Source: Candidatus Eiseniibacteriota bacterium (GTDB taxonomy: Bacteria; Eisenbacteria; RBG-16-71-46). From it: a stretch of DNA of 64,000 bases. This document shows, in pieces, positions 55,060 through 64,000 of this stretch. The first letter of the stretch is position 1; each line of letters opens with the position of its first letter. The notes beneath the pieces are model-generated. The model was not told where the DNA came from and searched no databases. It saw only the letters and a list, made by a program, of their open reading frames with translations. The position numbers and the translations under genes are program-made. The stretch covers positions 32,001 to 96,000 of the forward strand of contig JANLWX010000007.1 of the NCBI GenBank assembly GCA_031364845.1, read 5' to 3'.

Positions 55060-55956
55060 GTGGTCGAAGTGACGAGAGACGCGCGGCGCGTGGGGATCGG
55101 ACTCCGCGACGGCTGGCAGCGCCTGGTGCCTGCGGACTGGCTGCGTGGCTGGCAGCCGCAGCGCTTCGAGTTGAACGGAGGCTGGACCGAGGTCGTCGTG
55201 ATGGGCGAAGGCCCGCCGCTGGTGCTGCTGCCGCCGCTGCCGGGCTACAAGGAGTCGTGGCTCGCGTGTGCGGGGTTGCTCGCGCGCGAGTTCCGCGTGA
55301 TCACCTTCGATCTGCGCGCGCGATTCGCGGGCCCGCCGCGCTGGGACGCGCTGCTCGACGACGTCACGAGCATTCTCTCCGTGCACGCTCCGGGGCGTGT
55401 GCGCCTCGCCGGTCATTCGCTGGGCGGCGCGCTCGCGCAGCGCTGGACGCTCGCGCATCCGGAACGTGTGGCCGCACTCGTTCTTTCCAGCACGTTCGCG
55501 CGCGTCACGAATCCGCGCGGCAACTGGTGGGCGCGCTTCGTCGAGCAGCCGGTGGTGCTCGCGGGCCAGCGCCTGCTGCCGGATGCGCTCGCGCGACCGC
55601 TCGCGCGCCACGGCGCCGCGCGCGGCGCGTGGGTCTACGACGCGCGCTGCGACGATGCCGTGCTCGACTTCGTGCGCTTCTGCATGCGCGACCTCGCGGT
55701 CGCCGACGCGCGCCAGACCGTGGCGCTCGCGATCGCGCACGACACGCGCGCCACGCTCGCGTCCTTGGCACCTCCAGTGCGCATCGTGGTCGGTGAACTC
55801 GAGAGCGTGTTCTACCTCGAGGCACTCGCCGAGTTGCGCGCGCTGTTGCCGCGTGCCGACTTCGTCGAGTCGCCGGGCGTGAGCCACCTGCATCTGCTCT
55901 CGAGCCCGCAGTGGCTCGCGGAGCGGATCGCCGAGTGGATGCGGGGGAGGACGTGA
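55060..55956 (+). CDS. Alpha/beta hydrolase
   Basis: GEGPPLVLL, GHSLGG; start uncertain. Confidence 0.8.
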   Translation: MVEVTRDARRVGIGLRDGWQRLVPADWLRGWQPQRFELNGGWTEVVVMGEGPPLVLLPPLPGYKESWLACAGLLAREFRVITFDLRARFAGPPRWDALLDDVTSILSVHAPGRVRLAGHSLGGALAQRWTLAHPERVAALVLSSTFARVTNPRGNWWARFVEQPVVLAGQRLLPDALARPLARHGAARGAWVYDARCDDAVLDFVRFCMRDLAVADARQTVALAIAHDTRATLASLAPPVRIVVGELESVFYLEALAELRALLPRADFVESPGVSHLHLLSSPQWLAERIAEWMRGRT

Positions 55957-57227
55957 CCGCGGCCACCGCGGCCGCGGACGACTTTCGCGATCGCTTTCGC
56001 GCGCTGCGCCACCGCAACTTCCGGCTCTACTGGGGCGGTCAGCTCACGTCGCTGATCGGCACCTGGATGCAGAGCGTCGCACAGGGCTGGCTCATGCACC
56101 GGCTCACGTCCTCGGCGTTCATGCTGGGACTGCTCGTGTTCACGCAGTTCCTGCCGGTGCTGATTTTCAGCCTGTGGGCGGGCGTGATCGCCGACCGCGT
56201 CGACAAGCGGCGCATGCTGCTGATCACGCAGACGTGCGCGTTCGTCCAGGCGGTCGTGCTCGCAGTGGTCGTCACACTCGGCATCGCCGAGCCGTGGATG
56301 GTGCTGGTGCTCGCGTTCGTGTACGGCACGTTCAACGCGTTCGACCTGCCGGCGCGCCAGTCGTATCTGGTGGAGTTGGTCGGCAAGGAGGACCTGCCGA
56401 ACGGCATCGCGCTCAATTCGGCGGCGTTCAATACCGCGCGCGTGATCGGTCCCGCGATCGCCGGCATCCTGCTGGCGCGGGTCGGCGAGGCGGGATGCTT
56501 CTGGATCAACGCGCTCTCCTATCTCGCGGTGATCTCGAGCCTGTGGCGCATCCGTGTGGATCGCGCAGCGGTGGCACCCGCGAACCGCTCGAACTCGCTG
56601 ATGGAAGGCGTGCGCTATGTCGTGAAGACGCGGCCGCTGCGCAATCTGCTCGTGCTGCTCATGTTCATGTCCGGGCTCGGATTCCAGTACTCCGTGTTGC
56701 TGCCGGTCTACACCAAGGACATCCTGCATGAGAACGCAGACACGTTCGGCTGGCTGATCTCGGCGTTCGGCGTGGGTTCGTTGGTGTCGGCGGTGCTGAT
56801 GACGCGCCGGCTCGATCGCTGGGCGCTGCGGCGCAACCTCCAACTCGGCCTCGTCACCGCCGCGATCGGCATGGGTGTGTTCGCATGGTCGCGATGGCTC
56901 ACGCTCTCGCTCGCGATGGGTTACCTCGCGGGCTTCGGGCTCATCCTCTATGTCGCGAGCACCAACACGCTGATCCAGCTCACGACCGAGGACCGATTCC
57001 GCGGCCGCATCATGAGCTTCTATACGGTGATGTTCATTGGCTCGGCACCCTTCGGCGCGCTCATCAGCGGACTCGTTGCCCAGCACTTCGGAGCGCCGTG
57101 GGCCACGACGCTCAGTGCGGTGGTGCTCGCGGCGGGCGCGGTGTGGATCACGTATCGCCTGCGGTTGATCGCGGCGCGCGAAGCCGCCGCTCCGGCACCG
57201 CCGACGCACGTGGAGAAGCTGGGGTAA
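55953..57227 (+). CDS. MFS transporter (EntS/MFS_3-like)
   Basis: RNFRLYW.GQ..SLIGTWMQ, ADRVDKRR, FRGRIMS. Confidence 0.92.
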   Translation: MTAATAAADDFRDRFRALRHRNFRLYWGGQLTSLIGTWMQSVAQGWLMHRLTSSAFMLGLLVFTQFLPVLIFSLWAGVIADRVDKRRMLLITQTCAFVQAVVLAVVVTLGIAEPWMVLVLAFVYGTFNAFDLPARQSYLVELVGKEDLPNGIALNSAAFNTARVIGPAIAGILLARVGEAGCFWINALSYLAVISSLWRIRVDRAAVAPANRSNSLMEGVRYVVKTRPLRNLLVLLMFMSGLGFQYSVLLPVYTKDILHENADTFGWLISAFGVGSLVSAVLMTRRLDRWALRRNLQLGLVTAAIGMGVFAWSRWLTLSLAMGYLAGFGLILYVASTNTLIQLTTEDRFRGRIMSFYTVMFIGSAPFGALISGLVAQHFGAPWATTLSAVVLAAGAVWITYRLRLIAAREAAAPAPPTHVEKLG

Positions 57228-57242
57228 AGCCCGGCGCGGGCG

Positions 57243-58328
57243 TCAGTGGCCCGCGGGCGACTCCAACTGCGCGAACAGCCGCCGCACGCCCGCGCGCGTG
57301 TGGCCGCCGATCATGGCGCGCGTCGCGATGCGCTTCACCTCCGGGCGCGTGAGCTTCGGGCGCGTGTCGCCGCACGGAAACGCGGGATCGCGCCGCGCTT
57401 CACGCAGCGAAGCCAGCGCCCACAGCGCGGGCCACAGGCAGAACATCCGGTAGCGCCAGTGGCGTGCGGGAATGCGCTCGAGGTATTCCGGCACTTCGCC
57501 GAGTGCCGCGCGCGCGAGCGCTTCGAGCCGCCGTGCCGCCGCCTTGGCCCCGACGCGCGACGGATCGACGAGTTCGTGCGGTTTCAGTTGGTATTCGTCG
57601 AGCCACGCCGCCGGCACGTAACAGCGCCCGCGCCGCACGTCGCGCGGCCAGTCGAGCAGGATGTTCGTGAGCTGGAGCGCCTCGCCGACCGCGGGGGCGA
57701 GCTGGATCAATTCGGCGTCGGTGTCCGGTTCCTTCGCGGGCGCGCGCAGCGCGTGGAGCTGCGTCAGCATCACGCCGACGCAGCCCGCCACCACGAAGCA
57801 GTAGTCGTGCAGCTCCGCCTCGGTGTCGAGGTAGGCGGGAAGCGCGGCCGGATCGCCTTCGCGTGCGGCGGCGCGCACGGCGTAGCGACGCATGCCGTTC
57901 GCCATCAGCGTGACTGCGCGCGCGACGATCATGCGATCGCCCGCATCGAGCCCCGCATAGACGCGCAGCACCGCGGGAAGATGGGCGACCAGCTCGAGGT
58001 CCGGTGAAGCCGCTCTGAGCGCGTGCGCGGAACGCGCGAGTTCATCCGCCGCCGCGCCATGCCCGCCGAGCGCTTCGACGAACAGATCGAAGCGCCCGCC
58101 GACTTCCGAAGGTGCTCCCGGCCACGAGTCCTCGAGCGCGTCCGCCGCCCGGCACAGGAGGTAGGCGATCTCGACCGTGTCGTGCATGGAGCCGCGCAGC
58201 ACGCCGATGTTCGCTGCGAACGTGCGCGACACGCGCGGCAGCACCTCGTGACAATAGGCGCGATCGGCGGCGAGATTCGCACCACCCGCGACTTGCGGCG
58301 AGAAGGATTCCGCGCTCGGCGCCGTCAC
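57243..58328 (-). CDS. Squalene/phytoene synthase family protein
   Basis: VSRTFA, YLLCRAADALED, YCFVVAGCVG, LQLTNILLD..D..RGRCY.P. Confidence 0.9.
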   Translation of the reverse strand: MTAPSAESFSPQVAGGANLAADRAYCHEVLPRVSRTFAANIGVLRGSMHDTVEIAYLLCRAADALEDSWPGAPSEVGGRFDLFVEALGGHGAAADELARSAHALRAASPDLELVAHLPAVLRVYAGLDAGDRMIVARAVTLMANGMRRYAVRAAAREGDPAALPAYLDTEAELHDYCFVVAGCVGVMLTQLHALRAPAKEPDTDAELIQLAPAVGEALQLTNILLDWPRDVRRGRCYVPAAWLDEYQLKPHELVDPSRVGAKAAARRLEALARAALGEVPEYLERIPARHWRYRMFCLWPALWALASLREARRDPAFPCGDTRPKLTRPEVKRIATRAMIGGHTRAGVRRLFAQLESPAGH

Positions 58329-58795
58329 GCGGCTTCGATCTCCTCGATCTCGGCGGTCCAGCGCACGGAGACCGCATTGCGGAGCGTCGCCGCGGTCGGG
58401 CATTTCTCCTGGTGCCGCGCGAGCGCGCGGTCCACCGTCTCGCGCGTGCCGGACGGGATGCGCAACCGGTAGTGGACGACGATCTCTGTAAGCACCGGCA
58501 TTCCCTCGCGCACCTCGTGCAATCCTTCGGCCTCGGCCGCGATCGCGTCGTTCGGAAGCTTGACCTGCCGCACATCCAGCGCGGCTTTCAGGGTTCCGAG
58601 CATTCAGCCCGCGGTGGCCGCGACGATGAAGTCGACGGGCAGCGGAAGCTCGCGCTCCGGATCGAGCCGGAACAGCTCGCGAACCGCGCCATGCACTCCG
58701 AAGTCCACTTCGGGGCCGGATTCGAGATGCGCGCGGCGATGCAGCGGCCCCAGCACTTCGAGGCGTGAGCGCGACGTATAGAAAGGTTCGGTCAT
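58325..58795 (-). CDS. OsmC/Ohr-like selenoprotein (UGA=Sec at 58604-58606)
   Basis: ATG 58795 after AGGAG; DFIVAATAG-U-MLGTL continues in frame to HQEKCPTAATL. Confidence 0.85.
58564..58592 (-). promoter_or_regulatory. Putative SECIS element (OsmC-like gene)
   Basis: mRNA CCU-GAAA-GCCGCGC-UGGAU-GUGCGGC-AGG; loop begins 25 nt after the UGA. Confidence 0.55.
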
Positions 58796-58959
58796 GAAGT
58801 CACTCCTGGCGAGAGGTGGCGCGGCAAAGATAGGGAGAACGGTGGACACGCGCCAGCGCAGTCGGGTTCGAACGCCATCGATTAGAGCGCGTGTTGAACT
58901 TGCCTCGCATGCCGCCAAGTATGCTAGCTTTTCCGCCCCTGTCGTTTCCGGAGGTATCC

Positions 58960-59901
58960 GTGTCCCCGTCTCGCGCGTTCGCGATGGCCGCCCTGCTTGG
59001 CCGGACCACCGCGTTTCTCATGTTCGGACTGTTGGTGGTGGGGGCGGTCGTGCGGACGACCGGGTCCGGGCTCGCGTGCCCCGACTGGCCGCTGTGCGAA
59101 GGACGGCTGATCCCGCGCTTTCAGTTCAACGTGCTGATCGAGTGGGGCCACCGCATGGCCGCACTGCTCGTGAGCGTGATGTTGTTCGCGACTGCGGCAT
59201 GGGTGTTGGCGCGGCGGGAGTTGCGCGCCCGGCTCGGCGGATTGATCGGGCTTTCGGTTCTGCTGCTGTTCGTTCAGATCCTGCTCGGCGCGCTCACCGT
59301 GTGGAAGCTGCTGAGCCCGGCGGTCGTGAGCAGCCACCTTGCGGTCGCGGTGCTGCTGTTCGTCACGCTGCTCGTGTTCTCGCTGCGGGCCGACACGCAT
59401 GCGGACCTCGAGGAAGCAGGCGCGACGCCGGCCGTGCCGACTCCGGCGCCCGGTCTCACGGCGGCGTTCGCGGTCGTCGCGGTGCTCACGTATGCGCAGG
59501 TCGTGCTCGGCGGGCTCGTGAGCACGAATCACGCTTCGACCGCGTGTCCCGACTGGCCGACCTGCCGCGGGGAGTGGTTTCCGGCGATGACCGGGCTCAT
59601 CGGGATCCACATGCTGCACCGGTTCGGCGGCTATCTGGTGGCGCTCTCGGTGCTGATGCTGGCGCTCGCCGCGCGCAGCGAGTCGCTGCCGGTGCTCGCC
59701 GGCGCGCGGGCGGCGTTCACACTGGTGGTGGCGCAGGTGATCCTCGGCGTGTGCAATGTCCTGCTGGCAGCCCCGGTGTGGGTATCGGCGATGCATCTCG
59801 CGACCGCGGTCGCCCTGCTCGCCACGCTGGTCATCACCACCTACCGACTCGCTTCGGCGCCGGCGCCGCACCCGGCGATGGTGCCGGCGGAGGCGCGATG
59901 A
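58960..59901 (+). CDS. ctaA: Heme A synthase (COX15/CtaA)
   Basis: GLACPDWPLC, EWGHR, second ACPDWPTC, HMLHR. Confidence 0.92.
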   Translation: MSPSRAFAMAALLGRTTAFLMFGLLVVGAVVRTTGSGLACPDWPLCEGRLIPRFQFNVLIEWGHRMAALLVSVMLFATAAWVLARRELRARLGGLIGLSVLLLFVQILLGALTVWKLLSPAVVSSHLAVAVLLFVTLLVFSLRADTHADLEEAGATPAVPTPAPGLTAAFAVVAVLTYAQVVLGGLVSTNHASTACPDWPTCRGEWFPAMTGLIGIHMLHRFGGYLVALSVLMLALAARSESLPVLAGARAAFTLVVAQVILGVCNVLLAAPVWVSAMHLATAVALLATLVITTYRLASAPAPHPAMVPAEAR

Positions 59902-60824
59902 GCACCGCGACCGTCGTGGCTCCGCGTCCGAACCTGTCGCGCCTGATCGCGGGGTACGTCGAGTTCACCAAACCGCGCATCGTCATGCTGGTCCTGGTCA
60001 CCGGGGCTCCGGCGCTGCTGATCGCGGCACGCGGCCTTCCCGGCGCGCGCGTGGCACTCGCGGGCCTGATCGGCACGGCGCTCGCGGCGATGTCGGCCGC
60101 CTGCTTCAACCACTACTACGACCGCGACATCGACGCCCTGATGCGGCGCACCGCCTCGCGGCCGCTGCCCTCGGGGCTGATTCCGCCTTCGCACGCCGTG
60201 ATCCTCGGGTTCACGCTCGGCATCGCCGCCCTCGCGATTCTCGCGGCGTTCACGAATCTGCTCGCCGCCGGACTCGGACTGGCGTCGATCTTCTACTACG
60301 CCGTCGTCTACACGGTGTGGCTCAAGCGGCGCACGCCGCAGAACATCGTGATCGGAGGGGCTGCCGGCGCTTCGGCGCCGATGATCGCGTGGGCCGCCGT
60401 GACCGGCGAGGTCAGCCTCGCCGCGGTGCTGTTGTCATCGATCGTGTTCCTGTGGACGCCGCCTCATTTTTGGGCGCTGTCGCTCTATCGCAGCGACGAC
60501 TACGCGCGCGCCGGCATTCCGATGCTGCCGGTCACGCACGGGGAGGCGGAGACCCGCCGCCAGATCGTCCTCTATTCGTGGATCCTGGTACCCGGAACCC
60601 TCGCGCTGTGGCCGCTCGGGCTTATCGGCCCGGTGTACCTGATCCCGGCAGTGCTGCTCGGTGTGGAGTTCCTGCGCCGCGCCCACCGGCTGCACGCGAG
60701 CGGCTCGATACCCGATGCGGTGGGCCTGTTCCGCTACTCGATCCTCTATCTGCTGCTGCTCTATCTCGCGCTCACTGCCGATGCGATCGTCCGCTACGTG
60801 GTGCCGGGATCCGCGGCAGGTTGA
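59898..60824 (+). CDS. ctaB: Protoheme IX farnesyltransferase (heme O synthase)
   Basis: TKPRI, DRDIDALMRRT..RPLP, LKRRTPQNIVIGG, WTPPHFWAL. Confidence 0.96.
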   Translation: MSTATVVAPRPNLSRLIAGYVEFTKPRIVMLVLVTGAPALLIAARGLPGARVALAGLIGTALAAMSAACFNHYYDRDIDALMRRTASRPLPSGLIPPSHAVILGFTLGIAALAILAAFTNLLAAGLGLASIFYYAVVYTVWLKRRTPQNIVIGGAAGASAPMIAWAAVTGEVSLAAVLLSSIVFLWTPPHFWALSLYRSDDYARAGIPMLPVTHGEAETRRQIVLYSWILVPGTLALWPLGLIGPVYLIPAVLLGVEFLRRAHRLHASGSIPDAVGLFRYSILYLLLLYLALTADAIVRYVVPGSAAG

Positions 60825-60920
60825 CGACTTCACACGCGTAGGAGGTCGTGGTAGTTTCCCGCGCGTTTGCTTCCAACACACTCGCGCAGTTCGCGCCGGA
60901 CCGTTCAACCTGGGGAGTCT

Positions 60921-61946
60921 ATGGCAGGACGACTGCAAGCGAAGGTGCCGTTCGGCCGATACGCGCTGGCGGTGCTCGCATGCCTGCTGGCAGCGACCGG
61001 CTGCAAGCTCGAACAGTTCCCGCAGAGCACGCTGGATCCCAAGTCCGACTACGCGTGGGCGATCCAGCGACTGCTCGACCAGCAGGTGTTCTGGGTCGTC
61101 GTGATCTTCGTGCTGGTGCTGGTGGCGCAGTTGTTCATCCTCGTGAAGTTCCGCGCGCGGCCCGGCGCACCCGAGCCCAAGCATATCCACGGCAACACGA
61201 TGCTCGAGATCGCGTGGACGATCGCGCCCGCCATCATCCTCACGCTGGTCGCGGTTCCGACCGTCGTCACCATCTACAAGACTCAGGCGCCGGCGCCCGC
61301 CGGTTCCCTGCAGGTGCGCGCGATCGGGCATCAGTGGTGGTGGGAGTTCCAGTACCCCGAGCTGGGCGTGACGACCGCGAGCGAACTGTATGTGCCGGTC
61401 GGCCGCACTGTGTCGGTCGCCATCGAGACGGTGGACGTCATGCACAGCTTCTGGTTCCCCGCGATGGGCGGAAAGCGTGACGCGATTCCCGGACGCGTGA
61501 ACCACATGTTCTTCAAGCCCGACTCGACCGGCACCTACATGGGCCAGTGCGCGGAGTTGTGCGGCACGTCGCACGCGAACATGCGCATGAAGCTGGTGGT
61601 GAACGCCCCCGAGGAATTCGACGCATGGGTCGAGCGGCAGAAGGCGGCTCCGGTCCATCCGGATTCGACGTCGCTCGCGGCCCAGGGCAAGGCCATCTTC
61701 TCGCAGGGCGCATGCATCGCGTGTCACTCGATTTCCGGCGTTTCGGCCGGCGTGATCGGGCCGAACCTGACGCACGTCGGCAGCCGATCGACGATCGCGG
61801 GTGCGATCTACGAGAACACCCCCGAGAATCTCGGACACTGGCTCACGGATCCGCCGGCCCGCAAACCCGGCTCGCTCATGCCGAATCAGGCCCTGACCAA
61901 AGATCAGGTGGCCGCGCTGGTCGCCTACCTGACCAGCCTCAAGTAG
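60921..61946 (+). CDS. coxB: Cytochrome c oxidase subunit II with fused cytochrome c (caa3 type)
   Basis: Lipoprotein signal ATGC; HQWWW, DVMHSF, CAELCGTSHANM; CIACH. Confidence 0.96.
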   Translation: MAGRLQAKVPFGRYALAVLACLLAATGCKLEQFPQSTLDPKSDYAWAIQRLLDQQVFWVVVIFVLVLVAQLFILVKFRARPGAPEPKHIHGNTMLEIAWTIAPAIILTLVAVPTVVTIYKTQAPAPAGSLQVRAIGHQWWWEFQYPELGVTTASELYVPVGRTVSVAIETVDVMHSFWFPAMGGKRDAIPGRVNHMFFKPDSTGTYMGQCAELCGTSHANMRMKLVVNAPEEFDAWVERQKAAPVHPDSTSLAAQGKAIFSQGACIACHSISGVSAGVIGPNLTHVGSRSTIAGAIYENTPENLGHWLTDPPARKPGSLMPNQALTKDQVAALVAYLTSLK

Positions 61947-61962
61947 CGGGAAAGGAACCCAC

Positions 61963-63768
61963 ATGGCCACCACCGCCGCGACCGTTCACGCCGCTGCACC
62001 GTCCGAATCCGGACTGTGGAGCTGGCTGACGACGGTCGATCACAAGCGCATCGGCGTTCTCTATGGCGTGACCGCGTTCATCTTCTTCCTCATCGGCGGC
62101 ATCGAGGCGTTGATGATCCGCATCCAGCTGATGCGTCCGGACATGAACTTCGTGAGCCCCGACGTCTACAACCAGCTGTTCACGATGCACGCCACGACCA
62201 TGATCTTCCTTGCGGTGATGCCGCTGTCGGCGAGCTTCTTCAACTTCCTGATCCCGCTCATGATCGGCGCGCGCGACGTCGCGTTCCCGCGCCTGAACGC
62301 GTTCAGCTACTGGGTGTTCCTGTTCGGCGCGATCTTCATCAACCTCAGCTTCGTGCTGGGTGGTGCGCCCGACGCCGGCTGGTTCGGCTATTCGAACCTG
62401 ACGTCCAAACAGTACTCGCCCGGCCACGGCGTCGACTTCTGGGCGATCGGCCTCCAGATCCTCGGCATCGCATCACTGGCCGCCGGCTTCAACTTCATCG
62501 TGACGATCATCAACCTGCGCGCGCCCGGCATGAAGTTCATGCGGATGCCGGTGTTCGTGTGGATGACGCTCGTCACGTCGTTCCTGATCATCCTCGCGTT
62601 CCCGGTGATCACGGTCGCACTCGTGTTCCTGACGTTCGACCGCACCGTCGGCACCAACTTCTTCATCCCGACCGCCGGCGCCGACCCACTGCTGTGGCAG
62701 CATCTGTTCTGGCTGTTCGGGCACCCCGAGGTCTACATCCTGATCCTGCCCGCGATGGGCATCGTGTCCGAAGTGCTGCCGACGTTCTCGCGCAAGCCTC
62801 TGTTCGGCTATCCGGTGATCGTCTACTCGGGGATCTTCATCGGTTTCATGGGCTGGGGCGTGTGGAGCCATCACATGTTCTCGGTCGGGCTCGGGCCGCT
62901 CGCCGACTCGTTCTTCGCGCTGTCGACCATGCTGATCGCGATACCGACCGGCGTGAAGATCTTCAACTGGCTTGGCACGATGTGGGGCGGACGCCTCGAG
63001 TTGAAGAGCGCGATGCTGTTCGCGATCGGCTTCATCATCCTGTTCACGATGGGCGGGCTGTCGGGCTTCATGCACGCCTCGCCGCCGGCCGACCTGCAGC
63101 AGACCGACACCTACTTCGTCGTCGCGCACATCCACTACGTGCTGTTCGGCGGCGCGATCATGGGCATCTTCGCGGGCATCTACTACTGGTTCCCGAAGAT
63201 GACCGGGCGCATGCTCGACGAGCGGCTCGGGAAGTGGCACTTCTGGCTGCAGATGATCGCGATGAATCTCGCGTTCTTCCCGATGCACTTCGTCGGCCTG
63301 CTCGGCATGCCGCGACGCGTCTACACCTACAGCGCGAACATGGGCTTCAACGAGATGAATTTCTGGTCGACGGTCGGCGCGCTGATGATCGCCCCCGCGA
63401 TCCTGATCTTCATGTGGAACGTGCTGTCGAGCGTGCGCAACGGTAAGCCGGCCGGGAACGACCCGTGGGGCGGCGCGACACTCGAATGGGCGATTCCGTC
63501 GCCTCCGCCGGTCTACAACTTCGCCTCGGTTCCCGAGGTCAAGAGCCTGGATCCGCTGTGGCATCCGGAGAGCCGCGAAGCAGCACTCGCCTCCAACCAA
63601 ATGCACGGGCCCATCCACATGCCGCCGAGTTCTCACTGGCCGCTCGTGAGCGCGCTCGGAGTCGCAATGCTGCTCTCGGGCATCCTGTTCGGTTGGTACG
63701 TCGGAATTCCCGGCCTGATCCTCATGGTGGTCGGCATCTACTGCTGGGCCTTCGAGCCCTGCGACTGA
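61963..63768 (+). CDS. coxA: Cytochrome c oxidase subunit I (A1 type)
   Basis: DHKRIG, WLFGHPEVY, WSHHMF, VAHIHYV, GMPRR. Confidence 0.98.
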   Translation: MATTAATVHAAAPSESGLWSWLTTVDHKRIGVLYGVTAFIFFLIGGIEALMIRIQLMRPDMNFVSPDVYNQLFTMHATTMIFLAVMPLSASFFNFLIPLMIGARDVAFPRLNAFSYWVFLFGAIFINLSFVLGGAPDAGWFGYSNLTSKQYSPGHGVDFWAIGLQILGIASLAAGFNFIVTIINLRAPGMKFMRMPVFVWMTLVTSFLIILAFPVITVALVFLTFDRTVGTNFFIPTAGADPLLWQHLFWLFGHPEVYILILPAMGIVSEVLPTFSRKPLFGYPVIVYSGIFIGFMGWGVWSHHMFSVGLGPLADSFFALSTMLIAIPTGVKIFNWLGTMWGGRLELKSAMLFAIGFIILFTMGGLSGFMHASPPADLQQTDTYFVVAHIHYVLFGGAIMGIFAGIYYWFPKMTGRMLDERLGKWHFWLQMIAMNLAFFPMHFVGLLGMPRRVYTYSANMGFNEMNFWSTVGALMIAPAILIFMWNVLSSVRNGKPAGNDPWGGATLEWAIPSPPPVYNFASVPEVKSLDPLWHPESREAALASNQMHGPIHMPPSSHWPLVSALGVAMLLSGILFGWYVGIPGLILMVVGIYCWAFEPCD

Positions 63769-63785
63769 TCGGGGAGGACGCTCCA

Positions 63786-64000
63786 TTGTCGGGTACTGCC
63801 GTAGCCGCCCACGATTCCGGGCACGAAGCGCATCCCACCAGCACCGGCCTCAACAGCCGGAAGATGGTGTTCTGGGCCTTCATCGGCTCCGAGTGCATGC
63901 TGTTCGGTTCACTGATCGCGACCTATCTCGTGTACCGGGGCCGCGACAAGGTCGGTCCGCATCCGCACGAGATCCTCAACATTCCGTTCACGTCGTTCAG
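63786..64000 (+). CDS. coxC: Cytochrome c oxidase subunit III (partial, runs off window)
   Basis: GGAGG RBS, TTG start; TSTGLNSRKMVFWAFIGSECMLFGSLIATY. Confidence 0.9.
   Translation, partial: MSGTAVAAHDSGHEAHPTSTGLNSRKMVFWAFIGSECMLFGSLIATYLVYRGRDKVGPHPHEILNIPFTSF

Overview
High-GC (about 70% by eye) bacterial DNA. Five secreted proteins end in a FlgD-like Ig/T9SS-type C-terminal domain, which suggests an FCB-group host such as Ca. Eisenbacteria (inference). Housekeeping blocks are a MerR-headed SUF Fe-S operon, envelope glycosylation genes, hsp20-lon and a caa3-type cytochrome c oxidase cluster. The main finding is a compact five-gene enediyne PKS cassette at about 31.9-46.7 kb (E3, pksE and E10 on the minus strand; E4 and E5 on the plus strand). 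It also carries an MMPL exporter, a TPR-like membrane protein and a hidden AhpD-like selenoprotein (CPFU motif, with a GGUC-loop SECIS hairpin). E4/UnbV is broken by an apparent 1-nt frameshift. A second hidden selenoprotein (OsmC-like) is coupled to a squalene/phytoene synthase. Smaller observations: a MITE whose termini form the stop codons of two convergent genes, a probable CTG start codon, a Lon with a histone-like N-terminal tail, and a truncated HxlR remnant. No rRNA, tRNA or CRISPR array was recognised.
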